Origin: Aciduliprofundum boonei T469
GTDB taxonomy: Archaea > Thermoplasmatota > Thermoplasmata > Thermoplasmatales > Aciduliprofundaceae
DNA length: 32,000 bases
Assembly: GCF_000025665.1 (NCBI RefSeq)
Contig: NC_013926.1
Coordinates: 1,350,001 to 1,382,000, forward strand
Direction: 5' to 3'
Positions 15,071 through 24,238 of the stretch are shown here, one piece after another; position 1 is the first letter of the stretch, and every line of letters starts with the position of its first letter. Made by a program: the position numbers and the translations under genes. The notes under the pieces were generated by a model, which was not told where the DNA came from, did no database searches, and was given only the letters and a program-made list of their open reading frames with translations.

Positions 15071-15616
15071 ATGGGAAAAGAAGAAATAGAGAAAAGATCA
15101 AGGGAAATAATGAAAATTCTGGGTAAAGACAAAAATTTCAGTGAGGATTTTAAAATTGAGCTGTTTGGAAATAGATACATTTTATTGTCAACCACCTATT
15201 TCCCGTATGAGTTAATGAAAGATATGGAAGAGCTTTTTGGTGGGGTGGGTGATTTTGTCCTTTATCGCGGAGGAAAGAGAGTTGGGAGAAAATTGGTGAG
15301 AAAGTATAAAAAATATGTGAAAGACGAATCTTTGGGTATTTATGATGTCATTTCGGCAGTTGGTTGGTACTTTGGATGGGCTTTGGGAGAGAGAATCAAA
15401 GAGGGCGAGAACTACAGAATGATACTTTACGATTCATTTGAGGCAGAGAGCTATATGAAGAATGAAGGAAAGAGCGATAAACCAGTGTGCCATTTTATGA
15501 GAGGGGTTCTCGCCGGTATTGTAGAAGAGGCGGAGGGAAGTAAATACGAAGGAAAAGAATTGAAATGTATGGTTCAGGGTTACAATTACTGCGAGTTTTT
15601 AATAGAAAAAGTGTAA
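15071..15616 (+). CDS. V4R (4-vinyl reductase) domain protein, putative small-molecule-binding protein
   Basis: 181 aa. The C-terminal pattern CHFMRGVLAGIVEEAEG....E..C...G..YCEF is typical of V4R domains. Confidence 0.6.
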   Translation: MGKEEIEKRSREIMKILGKDKNFSEDFKIELFGNRYILLSTTYFPYELMKDMEELFGGVGDFVLYRGGKRVGRKLVRKYKKYVKDESLGIYDVISAVGWYFGWALGERIKEGENYRMILYDSFEAESYMKNEGKSDKPVCHFMRGVLAGIVEEAEGSKYEGKELKCMVQGYNYCEFLIEKV

Positions 15617-15684
15617 TTTTCTTCAAAATTTTTATATTTTTATTTCACATATCCTTTTTCAAAAAAAATTAAAAAGAGGTGATT

Positions 15685-17346
15685 ATGATGAAAAGGTTAG
15701 TGGTGGTTGGCATAATGCTCTTACTTCTCATTAATGTAGGTGCCAGTGTAACCTATGCCCAATCGGACTCAAACAAATGGGGCTACAAATTAAATATAAA
15801 TCTCCAAAATGAGTTTCAACCATATTTGAAGGTACTCACAGATATGATGGTAACCAATTACAATAAAATGAACCAATCATATCAGATAAGCTCATACGAT
15901 GTAGGGCTAAACGGAAATGTGAAGATGGCAGGTGCAATGAAAAAGGATGGTGCCAATATGTTATTTGATACAGGCTCTTCCACAAATGCAAATTTGAGCT
16001 TTTATTTCAACGGCACATTTCCATATTCTAACAATGTTACAAACTTCATAAATAATAATTTCGAGCCAAGAAATATGAATATCTCTGCAAAAACTAACAT
16101 TATCCAAACAGCTATTTCCAACGGAACAGCGTTTACGGATGGCAAAGGAAATGTTTCCAAAATAATCTCAAAAAATACCAATTTTGCAAAGGTGCATATT
16201 AAAGGAAAGAATTTGCCAATACCAGCCATGCTTTATGCAGCTTTAAATGAAAAATACACAAAAATTGATTATGTGAATATAACATGGAAGGCTAGTTTCC
16301 TTTCAAATATTTCAACTCCAAGTGATTTGTATTTTTCAGTTGAATTAAATGAAGAGATAAACAATAAAAAAGTGAATTTGATAAAGATTTCCGATATAAG
16401 TTTGTATGATGAGAACTTAAGCTTGAGCATTAAAGATGTGAACCATAATGGGCTATTAGACACGGGAGATATTATAGGTATTCATGGAAATCTAAGTTAT
16501 ATTCAACATCTTATAGAGCACGATAAATCTGTAGTTCTCCATATACCGTTTGAATATAAAGGGCACATAATTTATGTGGAACCAGATTTTTCCTACTTTT
16601 TTGGCCAATGGTGGAGCTCTTCAGTTAGCATATCCACTATAGTCCAAAGCATACCTACGCAATACATGGGGATAATAGATCAATTTTCAAATATGTCTCC
16701 ATATGATAATTTCGATTTCACAATAGAAACAGAATACAATAGGAATGCTACGATAAGTTTTTCACCAGCATTGCCTTTAATGCCAACCTCCAAGCACAAT
16801 TTAACAATGAGCATAAATGGAAACTACTCAGGAGTAATAAAGATAATAGGGCTTCAAGAGAAATACATTAAGATGTTAGAATTGCTACTCAACAAAACAT
16901 TTACAATAAATGGCAATGTGGCAGAATACTTCTTCAATGGTAATTTCTCAAAATCTAAAAACATAAGTTCACCTACTCTCCATATCAGTGGAGAGATGCA
17001 ATACGGCGGGGAGAATGTATATGTGGTGCAAATTATGAATACAAATGATACTTGGAATCCTTCCCAAATACACAATTTCCACTTCTACTATTTCTATTCT
17101 AAATCCAAGGGATTCATAGTTGGTGGAGGCATAAACTTAGGGATAAAGAAATTTGACACAGAGCCCACAACTTATGAAAATGCAATGAACGAAATTAAAT
17201 CAATACAGAAAGAGGAAAAATCAGAGAGCAATAACCCAAGCAATTCTGCAGGTCCTTCATGGCTCATACCTCTATCCATAGGCATTATAATTATCGTAAT
17301 AATTGCAGTAATAGCCATAGCCTTCACAAAGAGAAAAGGAAAATAA
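15685..17346 (+). CDS. secreted, C-terminally anchored Asn-rich surface (glyco)protein, orphan (possible S-layer or envelope protein)
   Basis: Signal peptide MMKRLVVVGIMLLLLINVGASVTYA. About 19 N-x-S/T sequons. C-terminal TM helix followed by KRKGK. Strong SD GAGGTGAT and an A/T-rich promoter region upstream. No family recognised. Confidence 0.6.
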   Translation: MMKRLVVVGIMLLLLINVGASVTYAQSDSNKWGYKLNINLQNEFQPYLKVLTDMMVTNYNKMNQSYQISSYDVGLNGNVKMAGAMKKDGANMLFDTGSSTNANLSFYFNGTFPYSNNVTNFINNNFEPRNMNISAKTNIIQTAISNGTAFTDGKGNVSKIISKNTNFAKVHIKGKNLPIPAMLYAALNEKYTKIDYVNITWKASFLSNISTPSDLYFSVELNEEINNKKVNLIKISDISLYDENLSLSIKDVNHNGLLDTGDIIGIHGNLSYIQHLIEHDKSVVLHIPFEYKGHIIYVEPDFSYFFGQWWSSSVSISTIVQSIPTQYMGIIDQFSNMSPYDNFDFTIETEYNRNATISFSPALPLMPTSKHNLTMSINGNYSGVIKIIGLQEKYIKMLELLLNKTFTINGNVAEYFFNGNFSKSKNISSPTLHISGEMQYGGENVYVVQIMNTNDTWNPSQIHNFHFYYFYSKSKGFIVGGGINLGIKKFDTEPTTYENAMNEIKSIQKEEKSESNNPSNSAGPSWLIPLSIGIIIIVIIAVIAIAFTKRKGK

Positions 17347-17408
17347 TATACAACAATAATCTTCTCTTTTTTATGAAAATATTTTTTTGGTGAGTTCTCT
17401 TTACCCCT

Positions 17409-18572
17409 ATGCTCTACTACGAGAATCCTTATTTGAAAAGCGTGGAAGTTGAGGTTGAAGAGAGAAAAGGGAATAAATGCCTTCTATCAGATACCATTTT
17501 GTATCCGGGTGGTGGGGGGCAACCACCTGATGAGGGTATTGCAATTTGTAATGGAGAAGAATTTTCTATAAAGCACATAGGCTCTTTATGGCACGAAATA
17601 GATGGAATTTGCAAATGCGACAAAATGAAAATAATTTTAAACTGGGATAGAAGGTACCTATTGATGCGTTCCCACACCGCAGAGCATACATTCTTTAGAT
17701 TCTTGGAAAATAAAGGTGCTAAGATGGGAAAGATTGCGCTAGGGGAGGTATCATCGATAATTTTTCAAGGAGATATTAGTGCAGAGGATATCTTGGATGC
17801 TGAGAAGCGCACAAGAGAATTAATAAAAGAGGGAAGAAATGTGAGTACCTTTTGGATTAACAAGGATGAAATTAGAAACTATCCTGATTTGAGGATAAAA
17901 CTTGAGAGAATAAAAGATGAGAAGATAAGAGTGGTGAAAATAGAGGGACATGATTTATCTGCCTGCAAAGGTGTTCATATTTCCAATCTATCTGAAATAG
18001 AGGACTTTGCCATAGTGCATTTTAGAATGGGAAAGAGAAAGGAAGTTAAATTTGTAATTGGTGAGATGGCAAGGAATTATCATTATAGAGCCTCACAATC
18101 ACTGCGTAAATTAATGTGGAAGAGAAATTTAGATATGGATAAAATCGAGAATTATCTTGAGAATTTGGAGAATGAGAATGAAATAATGAGAAAAGCTTTA
18201 AGAGACGCAAGCAAGGATGCAAAATTCAATGTTGAAAAATGTGGAGAAATTGAGTTGCATTACCTCTTTTTACCCTATGCTGAGAAGAAAATCATCCAAA
18301 GAAAAGCGTTGGAGATAGCAAATCATAATAAGGCAGTAGTAGTATATGGAATTGGTGAGAGCAATGTGGTATGCATTGCATACAATCCCTCATATCCATG
18401 GGCGAGAAATGAGTATATGGGGCTTTTGAGCATGATGAATGGTCGCGGAGGAGGTAAAGGAAATTTTGTAAGTGGAAGTGTTGAAGATGCTAAAAAGTTT
18501 GTAGAAGAGTTGAAAAAAATTATATGTGAGAAGGCATTACAATTGCATGGTGATGAAAATGGATATAGTTAA
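17409..18572 (+). CDS. alaX: alanyl-tRNA editing protein AlaX (long form)
   Basis: 387 aa. Zinc and editing motifs HTAEHTF (HxxxH) and CKGVH (CxxxH). The N-terminal pattern YYENPYL is typical of AlaX / the AlaRS editing domain. Confidence 0.8.
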   Translation: MLYYENPYLKSVEVEVEERKGNKCLLSDTILYPGGGGQPPDEGIAICNGEEFSIKHIGSLWHEIDGICKCDKMKIILNWDRRYLLMRSHTAEHTFFRFLENKGAKMGKIALGEVSSIIFQGDISAEDILDAEKRTRELIKEGRNVSTFWINKDEIRNYPDLRIKLERIKDEKIRVVKIEGHDLSACKGVHISNLSEIEDFAIVHFRMGKRKEVKFVIGEMARNYHYRASQSLRKLMWKRNLDMDKIENYLENLENENEIMRKALRDASKDAKFNVEKCGEIELHYLFLPYAEKKIIQRKALEIANHNKAVVVYGIGESNVVCIAYNPSYPWARNEYMGLLSMMNGRGGGKGNFVSGSVEDAKKFVEELKKIICEKALQLHGDENGYS

Positions 18573-19569
18573 TCTGCTCAGAGATTTTGTTATGCTTCCA
18601 GGAGTAAGCGGCTTTGAGAGACCAATTAGAGACTATCTCCTTGAAAAACTGAAAAGTTTGAATCCCAAGGTAGATGCTGTAGGAAATGTTTATGTAACGA
18701 TAGGCGAGGGAAAAGAGCATATTGCAATCATGGCGCATATGGATGAAATCGGATTTGTCACAACGCATATTGAGGAGAATGGATATATTCGATTTGCACC
18801 AGTTGGTGGTGTAGATGACAGGATGCTTTACGGTAGAGTAGTAGAAATATTTACTCCAAGAGGTACAATTTACGGCGTTATAGGGCTTATTCCCCCGCAT
18901 CTCAGCACTCAAGAAGATAGAAAAAAGAATCCCACTTGGAAAGAGCTTGCAATAGATATAGGTGCAAAGAGCAGAAAAGAAGCGGAATCTCTGGGGCTTG
19001 GACCAGTTATGCCTGGACGCTGGAAAAAAGATTTTGTGAGAATGGGTGATTACATAGTAACAAGGGGAATAGACGACCGTGTTGGCTGTGCAATTCTCTT
19101 TGATGTTCTAAATAGAGTAAAAAATAAAAAATTAAATAAGAAGGTAACATTTATATGGACCGTCCAGGAAGAGACGGGATTGAGAGGTGCAAGCGCTATA
19201 ACAACAAGAATGGAATTTGATGAGGTTTATGCCATAGACACCATGACAACTGGAATGATGCCGGGAGTACCATTTCATTTGAGCCCCGTTAAAATAGGAG
19301 AAGGCCCCGCAATAAGATTTTTCGATAGAAGAGGAGCAGCTTCCGAATTTTTGAGAGATAAAATAATCAATATTGCATCTGAAAATGGCATCCCAATTCA
19401 AATTGCAATCACTGGGGGCTCCACTGATGCTTCTGTTGCATTCAATCATGGATTGAAAGCTCTACCCATATGCATACCTGTAAAATACACCCACAGCCCC
19501 GTAGAAATGTCAAACCTTGCCGATATAAAAAACACTATTGAACTTCTAGAAAAAATAATAGAAGATTAA
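18559..19569 (+). CDS. M42 family metallopeptidase (TET aminopeptidase / Frv-type)
   Basis: LPGVSGFERPIRDYL, AHMDEIGF, GIDDRVGCA, TVQEETGLRGA. The start is chosen at the ATG preceded by GGTGAT-GAAA. It overlaps the alaX 3' end by 14 nt. The ORF-track start is 18526. Confidence 0.85.
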   Translation: MDIVNLLRDFVMLPGVSGFERPIRDYLLEKLKSLNPKVDAVGNVYVTIGEGKEHIAIMAHMDEIGFVTTHIEENGYIRFAPVGGVDDRMLYGRVVEIFTPRGTIYGVIGLIPPHLSTQEDRKKNPTWKELAIDIGAKSRKEAESLGLGPVMPGRWKKDFVRMGDYIVTRGIDDRVGCAILFDVLNRVKNKKLNKKVTFIWTVQEETGLRGASAITTRMEFDEVYAIDTMTTGMMPGVPFHLSPVKIGEGPAIRFFDRRGAASEFLRDKIINIASENGIPIQIAITGGSTDASVAFNHGLKALPICIPVKYTHSPVEMSNLADIKNTIELLEKIIED

Positions 19570-19571
19570 AT

Positions 19572-20774
19572 TTACATCTCTTCTTTTATTGCATTTGCCA
19601 ACCTCTTGATTCCCTCCTGTATATCCTCTATGGACGGGTATGTGAAATTCAATCTCAGTGTATTTTTATGGTCTCTATATGGGAAGAATGCCGCGCCTAT
19701 AACAAATGCAACTTTATTCTTTATCGCCCTGTTAAATAGTTTCTGAGCGTCCATACCCTCGGGCAGAGTTACCCAGAGGAACATTCCTCCATCTGGCTTG
19801 GTCCATGAAACGCCTTCAGGGAAATAATCTTCAAGGGCATCAAGCATTACATCTCTCTTCTCCTTGTATATTTTTATTATCTTCGGTATGTGCTCATCAA
19901 AATATCCACCCTTCAGATATTCTTGAGCTACATACTGCAAGAATGGAGTGGTGCATAAATCAACTCCCTGCTTTGCCAGAACCGCTTTTTGAATTATGTC
20001 CTTATGTGCTACCATATACGCGATTCTCATCCCTGGACTCAGAGTTTTTGAAAATGTACCAAGGTAAATCACTCTATCATCCTTATCCATTCTCTTTATC
20101 TGGGGCACAGGCTCTCCTGAGAAGCGTAACTCTTCATAAGGTGCATCCTCTATAACGAGAATATCATACTCTTCAGCGAGCTCAAGAAGATGTTTTCTCC
20201 TATCTTCTGATAGGGTGACTCCAGCAGGATTCTGAAATGTAGGAATTGTGTAAATCAATTTTGGCTTTACATTCTCTCTTTTCAACTCTCGAAGTCTCTC
20301 TTCTAGCATATCAACCTTCATTCCATCATTATCCATCTCGATCTGCTCATATTTTGGATTATATGACTGGAAAGCGGTTAAAACTCCAACATAGGTGGGG
20401 GCCTCTACAATGACAGTATCTCCCGGATCAATGAAAATTTTAGCAGAGAGATATAGCCCTTGCTGTGAACCGGTAGTCACAAGAATATTGTCCCTTTCAA
20501 TATTTTTGAATTTGTAGCGTGAGGTTAAAAAATCAACAAGGGTATCTCTAAACGAGTTTACTCCCTCGGTAGAGCCATATTGAAGCATTTTATCTCCATA
20601 TTTATCCATCATATAAGACACGATGTTCTTTATTATATCAACAGGAAAAGCCTGAGGACTCGGAAGACCACCTGCAAGAGATATTATATCAGGCTCCTGG
20701 GTAACCTTTAGTAATTCTCTAATTTCAGATGCTTTCAAATGCTTCGCAAGAGCGGAGAATTCTTCATCCCACAT
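19572..20774 (-). CDS. class I/II PLP aminotransferase (LysN / aromatic / kynurenine aminotransferase-like)
   Basis: 400 aa. ISLAGGLPSP, TTGSQQGL, NPAG and FSKTLSPGMRIAY (PLP lysine). SD GGTGAT upstream. Confidence 0.85.
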   Translation of the reverse strand: MWDEEFSALAKHLKASEIRELLKVTQEPDIISLAGGLPSPQAFPVDIIKNIVSYMMDKYGDKMLQYGSTEGVNSFRDTLVDFLTSRYKFKNIERDNILVTTGSQQGLYLSAKIFIDPGDTVIVEAPTYVGVLTAFQSYNPKYEQIEMDNDGMKVDMLEERLRELKRENVKPKLIYTIPTFQNPAGVTLSEDRRKHLLELAEEYDILVIEDAPYEELRFSGEPVPQIKRMDKDDRVIYLGTFSKTLSPGMRIAYMVAHKDIIQKAVLAKQGVDLCTTPFLQYVAQEYLKGGYFDEHIPKIIKIYKEKRDVMLDALEDYFPEGVSWTKPDGGMFLWVTLPEGMDAQKLFNRAIKNKVAFVIGAAFFPYRDHKNTLRLNFTYPSIEDIQEGIKRLANAIKEEM

Positions 20775-20823
20775 TTTTAATCACCAAGGGGTAATGCCAG
20801 CCGCTAATATTAAGTTTATTCTA

Positions 20824-20849
20824 TTACCAAATATTACCAAAATTGGTAA
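20824..20849. promoter_or_regulatory. triple TTACCAA half-site element (two direct copies plus one inverted) between divergent promoters
   Basis: TTACCAA at 20824-20830, TTACCAA at 20834-20840, and TTGGTAA at 20843-20849. The last two form the palindrome TTACCAA-AA-TTGGTAA. The element sits directly upstream of the glnA BRE/TATA. Confidence 0.4.
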
Positions 20850-20857
20850 GAAAAAAG

Positions 20858-20865
20858 TTTAAATT
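20858..20865 (+). promoter_or_regulatory. glnA TATA box (leaderless or near-leaderless transcript predicted)
   Basis: TTTAAATT is preceded by the purine-rich AGAAAAAAG (BRE-like). The ATG at 20886 lies about 25 nt downstream. Confidence 0.4.
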
Positions 20866-20885
20866 TTTAAAATACATTGATTCCT

Positions 20886-22199
20886 ATGCAGGAGGAAATT
20901 TTAAAAAATGTTAGGGAAAAAAGGGTAAAATACATACATCTGCAGTTTATGGATATTTTGGGACAAGTGAAGAGTGTTATGATTCCTAATATAATGCTAG
21001 AGAAGGCCCTGAGTGAGGGGATAGTTTTTGATGGTTCTAGCATAGCAGGATATGCAACTATTGATGAAAGTGATATGCGTGCTGTGCCCGATGCAAACAC
21101 ATTCCAAATAATGCCTGATGATCCTAAAACTGCCACAATAATATGCGATACATACTTACCAAATGGAAAGAGATTTGAAGGAGACCCGAGATATGTTCTT
21201 CAAAGAATTCTAAAGAAGGCGGAAGATAAAGGGTTTAGATTCGTAACAGGCCCTGAATTTGAATTTTTTCTCTTTAAAATGAATGATGGGAAACCCAGCT
21301 TAGAGCCGAATGACTATGGAGGATACTTTGATTTTGGACCTGTGGATAAAGGCGAGGAAGTGCGCAAAGAAATAGTTGGGATATTCGCAGATATGGGTTA
21401 TAAGCCCGAAGCAACTCATCATGAAGTGGCTCCTGGACAGCACGAGATAGATCTGAGATACGGTTATGCCCTAACAATTGCAGATAGAATTTTAACTTTA
21501 AAAGCAATGATTAAAAGGGTGGCTCTAAAACATGGACTATACGCTACCTTCATGCCAAAGCCGATATTTGGTATAAATGGTACGGGAATGCATGTGCATC
21601 AGAGCTTGCTCACTCTTGATTTTGAAGGCAACAAATTCTATGATCCTAACGGAAAATGGCAATTAAGCGATATTGCCTTGCATTATATAGGAGGACTGTT
21701 AAAGCATGCAGATGAAACAACTGCCATTTTGAATTCTTGGGTTAATTCTTATAAAAGATTGGTTCCCGGATATGAGGCACCTGTATACATCTCTTGGGCA
21801 AATCTCAACAGAAGCGCTTTGATTAGGGTACCTGCAGGTAGGGGCATAAAAACTAGAATTGAGCTAAGAAATCCCGATCCTGCTGGAAATCCATATTTGC
21901 AATTTGCCGTTATGCTAGCCGCTGGCTTGGATGGAATTGAAAAGAAGATCGAGCCACCAGAGCCCGTAGAGCAGAACATATACGCAATGAGCCCCGATGA
22001 AAGAAGGGAGAAAGGTATAAAATCCCTGCCTGAAAGTTTGGGAGAAGCCCTTCATCATTTAAGCAGAAGCGAATTCATGAAAAATATTCTCGGAGAGCAC
22101 ATATTCAATCATTTTCTGCATGTAAAGCGGAGAGAATGGGAGGATTACAGGGCACAGGTAACCCAGTGGGAAATTGATAATCTATTGCCGATACTCTAA
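20886..22199 (+). CDS. glnA: glutamine synthetase type I
   Basis: VKYIHLQFMDILG, FDGSSIAGY, GPEFEFFLF, HHEVAPGQHEIDL, NGTGMHVHQS, NSYKRLVPGYEAP and ELRNPDPAGNPYL. The ORF-track start at 20877 is TTG, so the ATG at 20886 is preferred. Confidence 0.9.
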   Translation: MQEEILKNVREKRVKYIHLQFMDILGQVKSVMIPNIMLEKALSEGIVFDGSSIAGYATIDESDMRAVPDANTFQIMPDDPKTATIICDTYLPNGKRFEGDPRYVLQRILKKAEDKGFRFVTGPEFEFFLFKMNDGKPSLEPNDYGGYFDFGPVDKGEEVRKEIVGIFADMGYKPEATHHEVAPGQHEIDLRYGYALTIADRILTLKAMIKRVALKHGLYATFMPKPIFGINGTGMHVHQSLLTLDFEGNKFYDPNGKWQLSDIALHYIGGLLKHADETTAILNSWVNSYKRLVPGYEAPVYISWANLNRSALIRVPAGRGIKTRIELRNPDPAGNPYLQFAVMLAAGLDGIEKKIEPPEPVEQNIYAMSPDERREKGIKSLPESLGEALHHLSRSEFMKNILGEHIFNHFLHVKRREWEDYRAQVTQWEIDNLLPIL

Positions 22200-22223
22200 A
22201 AATATTAATCAAACCTCGCCATT

Positions 22224-23357
22224 ATGCAACTAATGGATGAAAAAGAAATAGAGGATTTGCTGCAAAAATACTACCTTAAAGATATGCATTATGAAGATGG
22301 AAAAATCCTAGGCTCAATGTACACCAAGCCACCAGAAATTGCATTAAAGGCATTTTTCAAATTTTATCAAGCCAATTTGGGAAATCCGGGATTGTACAAA
22401 GGCACTGTGGAGATAGAAAGAGAGGTTGTAAAATTCCTGTTGAGATTAACATCTGGCAAAGATGATTTTTTCGGCCATGTGGTAAGTGGAGGCACTGAAG
22501 CGAATGTAATAGCCCTCTGGGCTGCAAGGGAGATGGGCTACAAAAGAGTACTTGCTACTCAAGATGCTCATTTCTCAATAAGAAAGGCAGCAAATTTACT
22601 TAAATTATCATTGGAAAATGTAGAAATAATAAAGGGAAGAATGAGTATTGAAGACCTTGAGAGAAAAATAAAAGGGGGGGATATAATAGTAGCGACTGCA
22701 GGTACAACACCTCTTGGATTTATAGATCCAATCGAGGAAATAGGAAAAATTTGTGAAATGCATAATTGCTTTCTGCATGTGGATGCTGCCTTTGGAGGCT
22801 ATGTTATACCATTTTTGAGAGAATTGGGGTATACAAATAAAAAATTTGGATTTGATATTTCGGCCGTTAGAACAATTACCATTGACCCCCATAAAATGGG
22901 TATGGCACCGTATCCTGCCGGAGGAATTGTGAGCAAAGAGAACATATTTGAGAAAATAGAAATAGAAGCACCATACTTGATGGTGGGAAAGAATGAGGGT
23001 TTGCTAGGTACAAGGCAAAGTGGGAGTGTTGCAGCAGCATACGCAGCCCAACTATACTTTGGATGGGATGGATACAGAGAGATAGTAAAGAAATGTATGG
23101 AAAATACAAATTACCTTGTAAAAAGGGCAAGAGAGGAGAATTTTGAGATTTTAGAAATGCCTGAAATGAACATAGTAAATATAAAAATTAAGAATGTGGG
23201 GAAAGTGAAAAAGGAATTGTATGCAAGGGGATGGGGTATTTCCACAAATCCAAAGTATTCATCATTGAGGATAGTTGTAATGCCCCATGTGACAAAAGAA
23301 ATTATAGATGAATTTCTAGGTGAGCTTAAAAATATAAAAAAGAGTTATGGGTTATAG
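22224..23357 (+). CDS. mfnA: group II PLP decarboxylase MfnA (L-tyrosine / L-aspartate decarboxylase)
   Basis: 377 aa. SGGTEANVIALWAARE, HVDAAFGG and DPHKMGMAPYPAGG (PLP lysine) match the archaeal MfnA pattern. Confidence 0.8.
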   Translation: MQLMDEKEIEDLLQKYYLKDMHYEDGKILGSMYTKPPEIALKAFFKFYQANLGNPGLYKGTVEIEREVVKFLLRLTSGKDDFFGHVVSGGTEANVIALWAAREMGYKRVLATQDAHFSIRKAANLLKLSLENVEIIKGRMSIEDLERKIKGGDIIVATAGTTPLGFIDPIEEIGKICEMHNCFLHVDAAFGGYVIPFLRELGYTNKKFGFDISAVRTITIDPHKMGMAPYPAGGIVSKENIFEKIEIEAPYLMVGKNEGLLGTRQSGSVAAAYAAQLYFGWDGYREIVKKCMENTNYLVKRAREENFEILEMPEMNIVNIKIKNVGKVKKELYARGWGISTNPKYSSLRIVVMPHVTKEIIDEFLGELKNIKKSYGL

Positions 23358-24238
23358 TGATGTCCGTACTTGGCCCACCAAGCATCAACTTGCTCTTGCA
23401 ATTTTTTCACATACTCTGGATTCTTAAGAAGATGCCTAAATCTCCCCTGCGGTTTCAGATACTCCTCAACTGGCTTGAATTTCTTTGGCTTGTATGTTAT
23501 GCGCATATTCTCAAGGTCTCCGTCAACAACTTCCCAGAGCGGGAATATACCAGTATCGGATGCAAGTTTCATTATCTCAACAGTTTTGCTTGGGTCATGT
23601 CTCCATCCAGTGGTGCAAGAGGATATGACATGCAAGAATCTTGCACCCTCGTAACTTAATGCCTTTTGTACTTTCTTCTTGAAATCATTGAATATCGCCG
23701 GATTTGCTGTGGCGACATACTTGGCATTATGGGCTGCTATTATTCTAGCCACAGGTTTTTTAGGCTGTAATTTTCCAATTGGATTTGCACTTCCTACCTT
23801 GCTAGTTGTTGTCCAAGCGCCCCAAGGCGTGGCTCCGCTTCTCTGTATGCCTGTGTTCATATACGCCTCATTATCGTAGAGAACATACAATACATTATGT
23901 CCACGCTCAACCATACCACTGAGTGCTTGGAATCCTATATCCGCAGTACCGCCATCGCCACCAAACGCAATTATATTCAATTTCTCACCCTTTGCACGGG
24001 CAGCTGCTTCAATACCACTGGCCGCAGCGGCAGCGTTTTCAAAGGCCACATGGAGCCAAGGTACGCGCCAAGAGGTGCGAGGATATGCCGTTGTTGCAAC
24101 TTCCAAACATCCTGTAGCATTAACTACTATTGTATTAGGACCAGCAAGTTTGAGAACCCATTTGACGATTATGGGTGCAGCGCAACCAGCGCACATTCCG
24201 TGCCCCGGTGCAAAAAACTCTTCTTTTTCGTAATTCAT
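23345..24238 (-). CDS. 2-oxoacid (pyruvate/2-oxoisovalerate):ferredoxin oxidoreductase, beta subunit (TPP-binding)
   Basis: 297 aa. FAPGHGMCAGC, GGDGGTADIG and YDNEAYMNTG. POR and VOR cannot be told apart by eye. Confidence 0.85.
   Translation of the reverse strand: MNYEKEEFFAPGHGMCAGCAAPIIVKWVLKLAGPNTIVVNATGCLEVATTAYPRTSWRVPWLHVAFENAAAAASGIEAAARAKGEKLNIIAFGGDGGTADIGFQALSGMVERGHNVLYVLYDNEAYMNTGIQRSGATPWGAWTTTSKVGSANPIGKLQPKKPVARIIAAHNAKYVATANPAIFNDFKKKVQKALSYEGARFLHVISSCTTGWRHDPSKTVEIMKLASDTGIFPLWEVVDGDLENMRITYKPKKFKPVEEYLKPQGRFRHLLKNPEYVKKLQEQVDAWWAKYGHHYNP

Noticed and set aside
17527-17534. CUGAUGAG, which resembles the hammerhead ribozyme core, inside alaX. CUGAUGA also occurs at 21115, 26847 and 28334.
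   Set aside because: I found no flanking helices or a GAAA core segment in a suitable arrangement. These are short motifs expected by chance within CDSs.
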